Made by a program: the position numbers and the translations under genes
Notes under the pieces: generated by a model
Databases searched by the model: none
What the model saw: the letters and a program-made list of their open reading frames with translations, nothing else
What the model was told of the DNA's origin: nothing
In this document: positions 16,692-27,267 of the stretch, one piece after another
Position numbering within the stretch: position 1 is the stretch's first letter
How the letters are laid out: every line of letters starts with the position of its first letter
From: Balanoglossus misakiensis
Taxonomy: Eukaryota; Animalia; Hemichordata
Assembly: GCA_040954595.2 (NCBI GenBank)
Contig: CM082589.2
Coordinates: 1,789,910 to 1,853,909, forward strand
Direction: 5' to 3'
Length of the DNA stretch: 64,000 nucleotides

Positions 16692-19604
16692 ATGTCTGTG
16701 CCGTGTTACTGGTTCAGTTGCCTACTCCTGGTAAGTCTCCATCTCCCAGCTGCGTTCAGAGCAGAGACGTTATGCAAGGTGTACAACACCACCTATGTTG
16801 ATTGCAAGTACAGAGAACTTTCCAAACTTCCAAAGAATATACCACCGCAGGCAACATACTTAAACTTAACGGTCAACAACATCATTTCACTGCCATCAAA
16901 CGGTTTTGCGAATATTCACCGACTTCTTGAGTTGGACATTTCCCGCAATCACATCGGCGCCATTGGTGCTTCATCACTGGATGGGCTGCACAGACTTCGT
17001 TATTTATGGCTGGGTGAAAACACCATTTCTGATATAGACCACCGTGCATTCAAAGACTTGTCTAGCCTAGAGACACTCGATTTGTCAGACAATGTCCTTG
17101 CTACATTTACCGATACGTTGTTCTCACCTCTCAGAAATTTGAAAATGCTGAATATCTCAAACAATGCATTTAAAGAACTGTCTGCTGCGACGTTTCAAGG
17201 TTTAGTGAATTTGGAAATTATTGACGTGGGTGCCAATGACTTGACTAAAGTAGGTGATGGCACATTCAAAGATCTCTCCAGACTCAAGTTTATTGATATA
17301 AGTTCCAATCTTCTGCCATGCTTTCCAAAGGACGCATTGGAAAGTCTTGGTAATATCGAAACAATAATCTATAAGGATAACGTCATCGGCGATCAATGCA
17401 GTGATATCAACCTTCAAGGCTTCAATCAGCTCCAGACAATCTCGTTTGCATCTTGTAATATGACATATGAAACCATCCAGAATATCATCTTTGCCGAAAA
17501 TGCACCCAACAGAGTTGACCTAAGCTATAATGAGTTTGATTTTGATATATTCAGTCCGGGCATATTCAGCAGAATGAGAAATGTTTCAGCCATTGATTTG
17601 TCACAGAATGGTATTACCGAAGACGAGCTGGAGGAGTTACTATATGACTTTCAAAATTCCGAACTTCGAGAGCTAATTCTGAGCTGGCAACAACTACAAT
17701 GGGAGTACTTGACCAACTCAACGTTCAAAGGTCTACAAGAAACGCAGTTAGTCACACTTGTTCTTTCGAGTAATGAATTAGAATCCATAGAAAGTGGTAC
17801 ATTTCAGTGGCTCAAATACCTAGAATATTTGGACATCAGTAACAGTAGATTAGAGGTCATTTCTGCTGATACGTTTGCAGGTCTGCATAACTTGCAAACT
17901 CTTCTTCTCGGTGACAATTTACTTACTACTTTACCTGTTGGTTCCTTCACGGGCTTGAATAATCTGAGAATGCTTGACATAGGCAACAATAAATTCGACA
18001 ACATAACAGAAATATCTCAAAGTATGGACGGGCTTCCAAACTTGATAGTTCTTGATCTCAGTAACTGTGATTTTGATGGTGAAATGCCTCCCAATATTTT
18101 TGACCAACTTGTATCGCTGAAAGAATTGCATATAACACTGTGTCGGCTAACCTCAATTCACCCCTTGAGTTTTTCCACAATGTCACAACTGGAAATACTA
18201 GATTTGTCCAGGATACCGTTTGAGTTTCTTCAAGACAACGTATTTTCTTCATTGGTATCGCTAAAGGAGCTCTCCATTAACACTGGATATTTTACAATAC
18301 CGCCATCTTCTGATCGTGCACATCCATTCCAAAATAACACGAATCTACAGTCTTTAAAGTTGCACATCACTCTTGACACTATTCAGTTTTTATATTTAAC
18401 AGATATCGAAGAACTTGAATTCTTTTCCCTGCGATTTCCTGATGAAGACATCGGCTACTGTTTAAGCATAGACAGTTTGCTGAACGCGCTCCAAGGAATG
18501 TTAATTCAGAGATTAGAAATACTTCGAGTATGTTTTTACTTTGAGACATCAGTCATTGGAAGCCAGTTTCTTTCAGTGAAGTCACTATCGCTCATCGGAG
18601 TCACTTTTGTCTCTCCTTCTGATGCGCTTTCCTTTTTCACTTTATTTCCCAACATAAAAATGTTATTTCTAACGTCAGTCAGTGGTTTGCCAGACTTGAA
18701 CCTCCTCAAGAATACAATGAGAATGTTACAAGTCATAGAAATAGAAGATTTGCACACCAAAGCTATACCTGTACAATTCTTGGAAGCCCAACCAAATCTC
18801 AAAGAAGTTGACATACACACCGAGAGCCTTGATTGTTCGAAATGTAAGATGAAATCAACCCTTGATTGGATCAGAACAGATAAAGTGGCCAAATTGACAC
18901 TCTCACGTTGTGTTTCGTTTCAAGAACAAGACCGGTCATTAGTGTATAGTTTGAACCTGGGATTGGAATGTAATCAAGCATTCATGATCTCTCTACCAGT
19001 TACTTGTGCAGCTGTGTTTATAATCGTATGCATTGCGCTCGGCGTTCGCTTCAGATGGCACGCGCGTTACGTCATTTTCCTCGGCAGGTTGAGATGTGGC
19101 GGCTATCAGCTGCAAGTCAATGATGAAGAGCGTCCATTGGATGGGTACGATGCATTTGTCTGTTACAATGAACACGACAGGGACTGGGTGTGGCAACAAC
19201 TGGTTCCAAATTTAGAAAACGATGACAAACATAATTTCAAACTATGTCTTCACGAGCGCAACTTTATGCCAGGGGCTGATATTTTTGATAATATCTTGGA
19301 TAGTATTGAGAAAAGCCACAAAACCATGCTGATATTGACCCCTCACTTTGCTGAGAGTGAATGGTGTTATTTTGAGATGAGAATGGCGCAGAACCACCTG
19401 TTTGACGACAAGAGGGACGTTCTCATTCTGGTGTTGTTGGAGGAAATCCCGGATGATGTAATGCCGCGAGTTTTGCGTAAAATGTTGATGACAAAGAAGT
19501 ACATCACGTGGGTTGACAACGAAGCAGGCAGAAGACTTTTCTGGAAGACATTGAAAGTTTCTCTGAGGTCAGGAAACCGAGTGAATAGAGTTGCTGATAT
19601 GTAA
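16692..19604 (+). CDS. Intronless Toll-like receptor, vertebrate-type (single cysteine cluster) architecture, 970 aa
   Basis: Signal peptide, LRRNT (CKV...DC), about 20 LRRs, a degenerate LRRCT (LDCSKC...W...C...C) and a TM helix (ISLPVTCAAVFIIVCIALGV). The TIR has YDAFVCY, LCLHERNFMPG, SEWCYFE and FW boxes. Confidence 0.97.
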   Translation: MSVPCYWFSCLLLVSLHLPAAFRAETLCKVYNTTYVDCKYRELSKLPKNIPPQATYLNLTVNNIISLPSNGFANIHRLLELDISRNHIGAIGASSLDGLHRLRYLWLGENTISDIDHRAFKDLSSLETLDLSDNVLATFTDTLFSPLRNLKMLNISNNAFKELSAATFQGLVNLEIIDVGANDLTKVGDGTFKDLSRLKFIDISSNLLPCFPKDALESLGNIETIIYKDNVIGDQCSDINLQGFNQLQTISFASCNMTYETIQNIIFAENAPNRVDLSYNEFDFDIFSPGIFSRMRNVSAIDLSQNGITEDELEELLYDFQNSELRELILSWQQLQWEYLTNSTFKGLQETQLVTLVLSSNELESIESGTFQWLKYLEYLDISNSRLEVISADTFAGLHNLQTLLLGDNLLTTLPVGSFTGLNNLRMLDIGNNKFDNITEISQSMDGLPNLIVLDLSNCDFDGEMPPNIFDQLVSLKELHITLCRLTSIHPLSFSTMSQLEILDLSRIPFEFLQDNVFSSLVSLKELSINTGYFTIPPSSDRAHPFQNNTNLQSLKLHITLDTIQFLYLTDIEELEFFSLRFPDEDIGYCLSIDSLLNALQGMLIQRLEILRVCFYFETSVIGSQFLSVKSLSLIGVTFVSPSDALSFFTLFPNIKMLFLTSVSGLPDLNLLKNTMRMLQVIEIEDLHTKAIPVQFLEAQPNLKEVDIHTESLDCSKCKMKSTLDWIRTDKVAKLTLSRCVSFQEQDRSLVYSLNLGLECNQAFMISLPVTCAAVFIIVCIALGVRFRWHARYVIFLGRLRCGGYQLQVNDEERPLDGYDAFVCYNEHDRDWVWQQLVPNLENDDKHNFKLCLHERNFMPGADIFDNILDSIEKSHKTMLILTPHFAESEWCYFEMRMAQNHLFDDKRDVLILVLLEEIPDDVMPRVLRKMLMTKKYITWVDNEAGRRLFWKTLKVSLRSGNRVNRVADM

Positions 19605-20111
19605 ATTATTTTTTAATGTGTCATGATTAACTGTAAACTAGATTTAACATATACATGTAGTTAGGTTACATTGTATCACTTTCTTCTTTTTGGGACTATA
19701 TTGACTCTGAGAGATTTTTTTAGATAAGATTTGAGCAACCAATTGAACTTTTACTGATTCATCATTTTGTCTTGTATTCACACTGAATTTTATTTTCTAC
19801 ATGTTTGTCACATTTAATAGCCGTTTTATATAATTCCCTTTGATTTATTTTTGTGGGACTTTGTCCATCCATGTATGTGTCCAGCCATGTATCTCCTCAG
19901 CCTTGATATAAACCATTTTGTACATGATGATGTAACTTTGCCATGAATGCATGATATTTTGTCATTGTAGTCATTTTTTAGTACCTTATAAAATAAACTC
20001 TGAAATCTATTAAATTTGAATGATTTGCACCCGATTTTTGACATATGCGCCATTAGCTGAAAATATGAGCAGCCACCACCAACACCCACACACAATCACT
20101 TCTCGACTCTG

Positions 20112-21068
20112 CTACATGACAAGGCTCAGTAAAAATCTTCCTGCTTGCAAAGAGCTGAAAATAAAAAGAAAACAACCATTACCATCCTGGGAAATGATAG
20201 CTGTTGAGCTTGCTTCACTTTCAGTGACTTCAGATCGTATCATGTCACAAAACAGTAACACACACATATTTCACGTAACGAGTAGCGCCCTCTACAGATC
20301 ACTTTGAACACTCCTTGTATTTCCTGCTATATTTCCAGAGATTTTTTAAAAGACTCACCTCAACACGCACACAAGACCAGCTGGCATAAATTTGCCAGAG
20401 TTAGAAAACCTCACTCCCATGACTACAGCCAATATCGCTGATGTTCCTGTTGATACAAACAGTATATATATTTTTTTCTGTTGAGTACATTTCAATAAAG
20501 TCATGTGAGTTTTGTTTGCCATTTGTCAATACCATGCATGATCATCTATGTGCATTGTTCAGTATCAACCCTGGAATGTCACTAGACGTGTGAGCAGTTT
20601 CAAAGGTTACCAAAAAGTAACCAAACCAGTGGATAAGCATCACATCTTACCAAGTGAAATGTAGAAATTTTTGGGATCCTGGGAAGTCTGGTAGGCACCA
20701 TAGAATGAGAGAGCACCAAACAGCAACCCTGATGCCAGAGACATTGTGCTGCCTATAAATAAGAGGAAGAATATTGAAATCAGGGGAACCCAGATTCACT
20801 TGATTCACAGTTCCGATGTCTGTGCTCGACCAGAAGAAACGACGTTTGAAACAAACAACATCCGGATCCGCATCCTGCACTTGGCTCACGAAAAGTGAAG
20901 TGCAGGAGCGATTTCAAAACTTCCAAGCACACTTAAAACAGGTGCTCAAGATTAAACAAATGGAAAGTCGCCAAAGATGATGCACAATGTCTTACCAGCT
21001 TTTAAATAGCCAACAATACCGCCTATTGTGACAACTGCAGCATAACCAAAACTAAAAGCGTCCGCCAT
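20112..21068 (-). CDS. TMEM14: TMEM14-family small membrane protein (TMEM14C-like), 4 exons, 101 aa; absent from the ORF track
   Basis: Exons: 21068-20996 ([24 protein letters not shown]), 20752-20651 ([34 protein letters not shown]), 20446-20359 ([29 protein letters not shown]), 20154-20112 ([14 protein letters not shown]). Lengths 73+102+88+43=306 nt, all GT-AG. The GGxxGY, GAYQxSQDP and KFMPAG hallmarks are present. Confidence 0.93.
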
Positions 21069-21368
21069 GTTGAAATGTGTTCAATGAGTCCTGGAGTGAC
21101 CTGTTGATGACCTTTATGACCCACAATACTTAGCGTGAGTTTGTCCCATTTGACAAGCGGGAGCAAGTTCATCTCCATGATTAAAATGACTAAAATTTAG
21201 ATACTCGTATGATGTGGAATACATCGGTCTAAAGTCCTATGACTACTATCAAACGAAATTTAGAGAATTTTAACGAGCTCCATCCTAAATATGATTTATA
21301 TGTGAAGCAACTTTTCTTTGCCAGTACCCCCAACAGAAATAGTATCGACTATAAACATCAGTCACAAC
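21069..21368. promoter_or_regulatory. Bidirectional promoter region TMEM14/PPP1R8
   Basis: Divergent ATGs 300 bp apart. Three TGACCY half-sites at 21097-21122. Confidence 0.6.
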
Positions 21369-23665
21369 ATGGCCGACCAGGCTAAATCGCTGCCATTCGA
21401 TGTCCCATCATGGTAGGTATACCCCAAATATCTGTTGTTAAGTAGTATATCAGACATTTTTCGTAACAGTGTATATAATGGAAACTCGCTTTGTAAAATT
21501 GCGGCGATCTCTTGCCTGAAAATTGGCTGATAATGCGAGGAAACGCTAATGTAGGTCACCTCGTGCGAGTGTCTAACATCATTATTCTAATCTATAAAAT
21601 GCCAACGTGAGTTTATGTCGGCAACATTTTCGATATCGCCCATATTTCCGAATTTGAAGAAACTGTGGTGTATGTTTTTCAACGTGCTTTACTTTTTCTT
21701 ATTGTCTTATTACTATTCTTAGTTCCTCTACATAGGTACATGGACATGCTAGTCGTGAAACCTACATTTACGAGACAATGCGCCCTCTATAGTCCCATTT
21801 TAATGGCCCCATTGTTTGTGTGGGGAAACAAAGATACATTAACCATGTTAATTGATGAATAAATGTCTACCACATTTATCTTTTTAGGGCTGGCAAACCC
21901 CCAGCTGGATTACATCTTGATGTTATCAAAGATGGCAAAATGATTGAGGTAAGGTGGTGGTGACGGATTTTTCAGATTTTATCTCCACTATAAATTCAAA
22001 TTCTCCACTTATGGTTTGAGGAAAGCAGAATGGAAATATTTGATTGTGCTTTCTTTCAGAAACTGATGATTGATGAGAAGAACTGCTACTTATTTGGTAG
22101 AAACTCACAAATGTGCGATTTCTGCATCGATCATCAATCCTGTTCAAGAGTACATGCAGCTTTAGTTTACCACAAGAATCTGAACAGATCATTCTTGATG
22201 GACCTTGGCAGCAGTAAGTGTCATTTTCGTCACGATAAGGAAGATCCGATTTGATATATACTCCAGATCCACACAAAACAGCCAAACTGCAGTATTCAAT
22301 CGTGGTAAATGGGTTAGATTATTGGTCAGGACTAACAAACTATACACATTTAATTGCAGCCCATGGAACATACCTTGGCAGTATCAGACTCGAATCTAAC
22401 AAACCACAGCAGGTACCTGTTGACAGTACGCTTCGTTTTGGGGCATCAACAAGGTCTTACATCGTGAGAGAAAAACCGCAAACCGTGTCCTCAGTTTCTG
22501 TCAAGCAAGATAAAGTCAACGATTCTGACATAACAGAGGAAGAGGAACTTCATGGAGGGTTGCTAGGGTTACCAGAAGAGGAGACAGAATTAGATGTAAG
22601 ATGTTTGGTTGTTTGTAAGAATACTACTCCAGGCATGTAATGTAATTCAGGTTCCCAGATTAGATACATGTAGGTGTTTGAGATGCTCCTAATGTACTAA
22701 AAGAAGTGACCACCTGCCCTGTTTACACTTCCACAGAACTTAACAGAATTCAACACAGCACACAACAAGCGCCTGGGGGTGTTAGGAGGCAATATAGAAG
22801 AAACCACCACATCTGCCGAGATCGCAAGGCCACCATTGAAACGGAAACGAAGAAGTTCACACGTGTCTTTCAAAGACGGTGAAGAAGTCATTAATCCAGG
22901 TCAGTGCTTCCAGAACAAGCCACTGCTACAATCTCAGAATGCAGGAATTACAAATATATTGTGAATTTATGATATTTTAGTCTTTTGTTTTAGTGACTGT
23001 TATGAAGACCCTGATTACCGTACTTGTACTGTACTGTATACAGAAAACTGACCATGTCTCGTTTTCCTTACAGAGGACATTGATCCATCAGTTGGCAGGT
23101 TTCGAAATCTCGTCTCAGTGTCTGTTATACCAACTAAAGTAAGATCCAGATCACTTTTTTTTCCTTACATGAAAGACTTCAATATCATTCAATACCCAAA
23201 AAGAGTATTTTCTACTGTGCTGTGTGATGCAATGCCTAGACTGATAAAACTCTTTCCCAGTCCCTCGCAGATTTGTCATTCAGTGTTGTTGCTCTTTTCT
23301 AGAAAAAGAAGACGGATCCTGTACCCAACGTCAGCATGGCTGACAACATCACAAAACGATTACAGAGTTTCTCCTACGGTCCATCGTTATATGCAGATCT
23401 GCCAGCGTCCAGTGACGAGACTGGTACCCCTATGTCGCCCACGACCCCACCCGCGGGATCATTCCCGACGACTCCCACCGGGGCCTCCTTTAACTTTGTG
23501 CCCAATTTAGCCCCAGAGGTGGGACCTAGCATTGTGGTGCCCATGGAAATGGACACGCAGACGGCACCTGTGACTGTCGGGCCCAAGGAGTCAGAACCAA
23601 AGAAAAAATATTTCCCCAAAGAGGCATGGCCTGGAAAGAAACCGACTCAATCACTTCTTTTATAG
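21369..23665 (+). CDS. PPP1R8: Nuclear inhibitor of protein phosphatase 1 (NIPP1)
   Basis: Protein reads MADQAKSLPFDVPSW/AGKPPAGLHLDVIK, then an FHA domain (YLFGRN...HQSCSRVHAAL...DLGSTHGT), GLLGLPEEETELD/NLTEFNTAHNKR and the PP1-docking region KRKRRSSHVSF...EDIDPSVGRFRNLV. The C-terminus is KEAWPGKKPTQSLLL*. Confidence 0.95.
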
Positions 23666-26600
23666 TGGGGATGTCATTACCCTGTGCACTTGTGTATAAC
23701 CAGTGGTCACCCCCGTTCCACTGTTTAATGGATCCAACCGCACCATGCAAAACAGCAGGATCCATCCAAAATGGAGCGAATGAAAGGTTAGGATAGCTAT
23801 ATGCTGAAGAGGAGCTGGGTGGAAATGATCATCATCTGGAAGAGTCAAGTTTCTGAGATGTGAACGAGGCATTTGTGTTAACACAGTGGAAATCAACTGG
23901 CCCATGATGTCTTCAGGAAACTCTTATGGCTAAATAGACCACCAACATATCCAGATATATGGGACAATTCAGCCAGAAATGTAAATATTTGGTGTGTTTG
24001 TATGTACAAGAAGAATTTAGACAGTAGTAGTCTATTTTAGTACAACTTGTATCACGTTTCTTTACATGTGGTTTCTTTGTGAATTAGTAATGTAATCCTG
24101 CCAGTAAAATTGCATGAACAGTTAGATATTACTGTACATCAGTTCATGAGCAGCTATAGGAATACAGGGCCAAAGTTATATTTTGCACATCATTTTGCTG
24201 TGTCAGTTATTTCAAGACACATTTCATTAATTTTCTTTATAAAATCAGCCCCAAATGGAAAGGGTCACGATGTAATTCCCTGTAATAGACAGCTGAATTT
24301 TACCAGTAAACATGATATTGTATGAAATGAAATGTAAAATTGCCTTCTAGCTAATTGCTGCAAAGGGCTCAGGCAATAAAATGACCCTACATGTATTTTC
24401 AAGTAGCATTTTAAATTTAATTGCAAAACCCAATTTGGGGAGATAGTGATACGAAAAAATGAATTCAGTGGATGAATAAAATGAGTTGACTCGAATCTGT
24501 TTAATGCAGCTTGTCTGAAAACAATGCATGCACTTGCTATGTAGAACTGACCAAGTTTTGGGAAAGAAAGAAAAACATACAAATTTTATTCTCAGCATCA
24601 AGTTTTATTTTTGGCAGGATCTGCTGCTATAAAATGCCACATAATGTTGAAATATAACAAATGCAATAAATTGAAACGTAAATTTTATACTTCACGATGA
24701 TTTCCATTAACGCATTCAATCTGATATTAAAACTCTAACATACAGCCTCTTCCAAGGACACTTTTGCAGTATGCTTTCACAGTAAACAAATATCGCAGAC
24801 ACACACAAACTTTTAAGACTCATCATCAAAAGCATCCTCGTTCCAGATGAAGTATTATATACATGAAAATGAAGTACACAGGCAGGAGAAAAAAATGTCT
24901 TGGAAGAGGCTCTGAACTGTCACGGGATGTCATGTCTCATTCCAACTCATTCACTCGAGCATTCTCACACACACAGTCACAAATGCTTTTTATAAAAATA
25001 AATTACTCTTTAGTTTTTTGTTTTCTTTCTTACGTACATAAACGTTTTGCCAAATCGAAGAAATTTACACAGCTCTTGGTCGAGCTGAAGCCGAGGTAAG
25101 GCCTTGCAAGTTTGCTGCTCCGTTTTCAGGAAGCGTTCAATAAAGTTTTGGTTTTTTCGTAAGTTGGAGTGACCATAGACTATCCCTTATCTCTCTCCTA
25201 CCATCTACTACAAAAGCTCTACACCCCTGTAAAACATCCGAGCTTGGTACAGTCCTCACTACATTTGCATGGCCTGTACCAAACTAACCTCGTTTCCTAG
25301 GAGACGGAGGGTATCAGATGGAGGGTGTTCAGGAAATTTATTTTACAATTGCTGAATGAAAATTTTAAAATGCACAAGTCAATATATTTCAGTTTTATTT
25401 TCCCCTCAGAAGTGAGCTCTGCTTTCAGAGGTGCCTGTCAACATAAGCTGAATTTGCGGCTTTTACGTAATAAAAATTTACACGTCAAAATTGCCAAGAT
25501 TCCCTTTCTCTCTAAATAAATTCAGGCTTCCTCCTCGCACGAGATCACTCCTTTAAAAGACGACAGAAAGAAACAAAATTCACACAATTTGACTAAAAGT
25601 AATGAAAAATACTCCACATTCTCAGCTAAGCCATCAGAAAATGCATAGGTATATTTCTCCCTACATGACCCAAATAACATACCTGACATATTACCCGACA
25701 TTTTATTTCATTTCCCCTTTTGGAAATATGGATACACCTTTTTTTACAAATGATGAAAAAAAACCTGCAACTGAGATTCTGGACTTTATCAAGACAAAAA
25801 CTGACCTACATTGGTTTGATTTGATCCTCAGGGAAATTCCTCCAGCTAATACAAGATTTTGTTTGACCCCAACCAAAGTACCTCAAAGACCTGGTTATTA
25901 ATATCAAGCAGTTTGGGGATTCATCGCCCATTGAAAATATATGCACCCATTGTTAACTATCCACAACAGAAAAGCCTTGTCCACTTACACAACACAGTGA
26001 TAATGGCAACTTCTACCCTTAGAGGCAAAATGCTATGGTAATATTTCTGTATTATGCACTACACTACACTACATAACAGTTTCACAGTACCCATGATTCC
26101 AACAGATCTGATTGGTTGTTGTCGTGGCATTCAGGATGACAACAGACAGTTTCACAGAACCCCCTGCATCAATTGGCCTGTGCATCAACATTTAACAGTT
26201 TCTAGGTACCCCCAAGACACTCAACAACAGCAACCACTCCAGATACCCACCGCCAATACCCTTAGACTGGGGAACAATGGAAATATAACACATAAAATTT
26301 CCCTGAAAAAGTGATAAATAAAAATTGGTGATGAGGGATCGTACAAATATCACTGAATGGTCACTGTCTATTACATGAAGGTACAAGAGGACCAGTACAA
26401 GTGTATTAAAAAACAAGACTAGAGTTATCACGTTTCTAGAAAAGGTGAAAATACATACACCTGTACATCAGTGCCACAATAAATATACAACGTAGTTAGT
26501 TATCCATACACTGTGATTTTACAATGAAACCTCACAATTTGCTCTTGGTATTTAATCCTCCAAGATTTAAAAAAAAAAATTGGGTTCTGTACTTCCGGGT

Positions 26601-26702
26601 TCTCTCATCATTGGAAACATCAGTATCTTGACTATCTTCTCAGTTGTGATGCAGGGTGGCAACGTGGAACCCCGCTTGTGTTATATGTAGAACCGTGTTA
26701 TC

Positions 26703-26903
26703 TGGTGGTCATGTGAACTTCTCCAGTGCCCTGTCATGCCATGTGGCAATCATGTGAACCCTTCCATTTCCTGTGGTGACCATGTGAACTCCTTCCGTAA
26801 TGCCCTATCACATCATGTGGTGATCATGTGACCTACATGATGTCACCCTAGCACAGATAAGTGAAACTTGGACAAGTACAGCCCTAACATTGCAGTCATG
26901 TGA
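26703..26903. repeat. Degenerate tandem repeat rich in (T/C)CATGTG(A)
   Basis: Units of TGGTGxTCATGTGAAC... with the core at 26709, 26750, 26780, 26813, 26824 and 26896. Confidence 0.6.
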
Positions 26904-27267
26904 AATTATGCATTGGGTCCAGCTAATCCTGGCCAATAAATTTTCCAGTAATGTAGGAAAAATATATTTACACCTTCCCCTGTCTGCATGATACTGTTGG
27001 TGTACTGCGCCTTACGTCATGTTCTGTCCAACATACAATGGACAAAACATCTGTGGCACATCTTCATCATGAGAGACCTGCCCTTTGAAAAAGACAGACA
27101 ATTACTGCTCTGTCTCTTCATTCATCTGCAGATCATGTCCTGTTCTGAAATACTGGCATCGTTTCCAGATGGCTAATTACAAATCCACAACTGACACTGG
27201 ATTATTAATGTAATTCATGAGGTAGCCATCACAAGGTCCGACTGGAGAGAAGTTTTCCTTTTCTTGC

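Noticed and set aside
20647-20889. 80-aa ORF, or a suspected frameshift in TMEM14 exon 2
   Set aside because: The ORF is a wrong-frame read of the exon plus intron. Careful reading gives an intact [11 protein letters not shown] frame.
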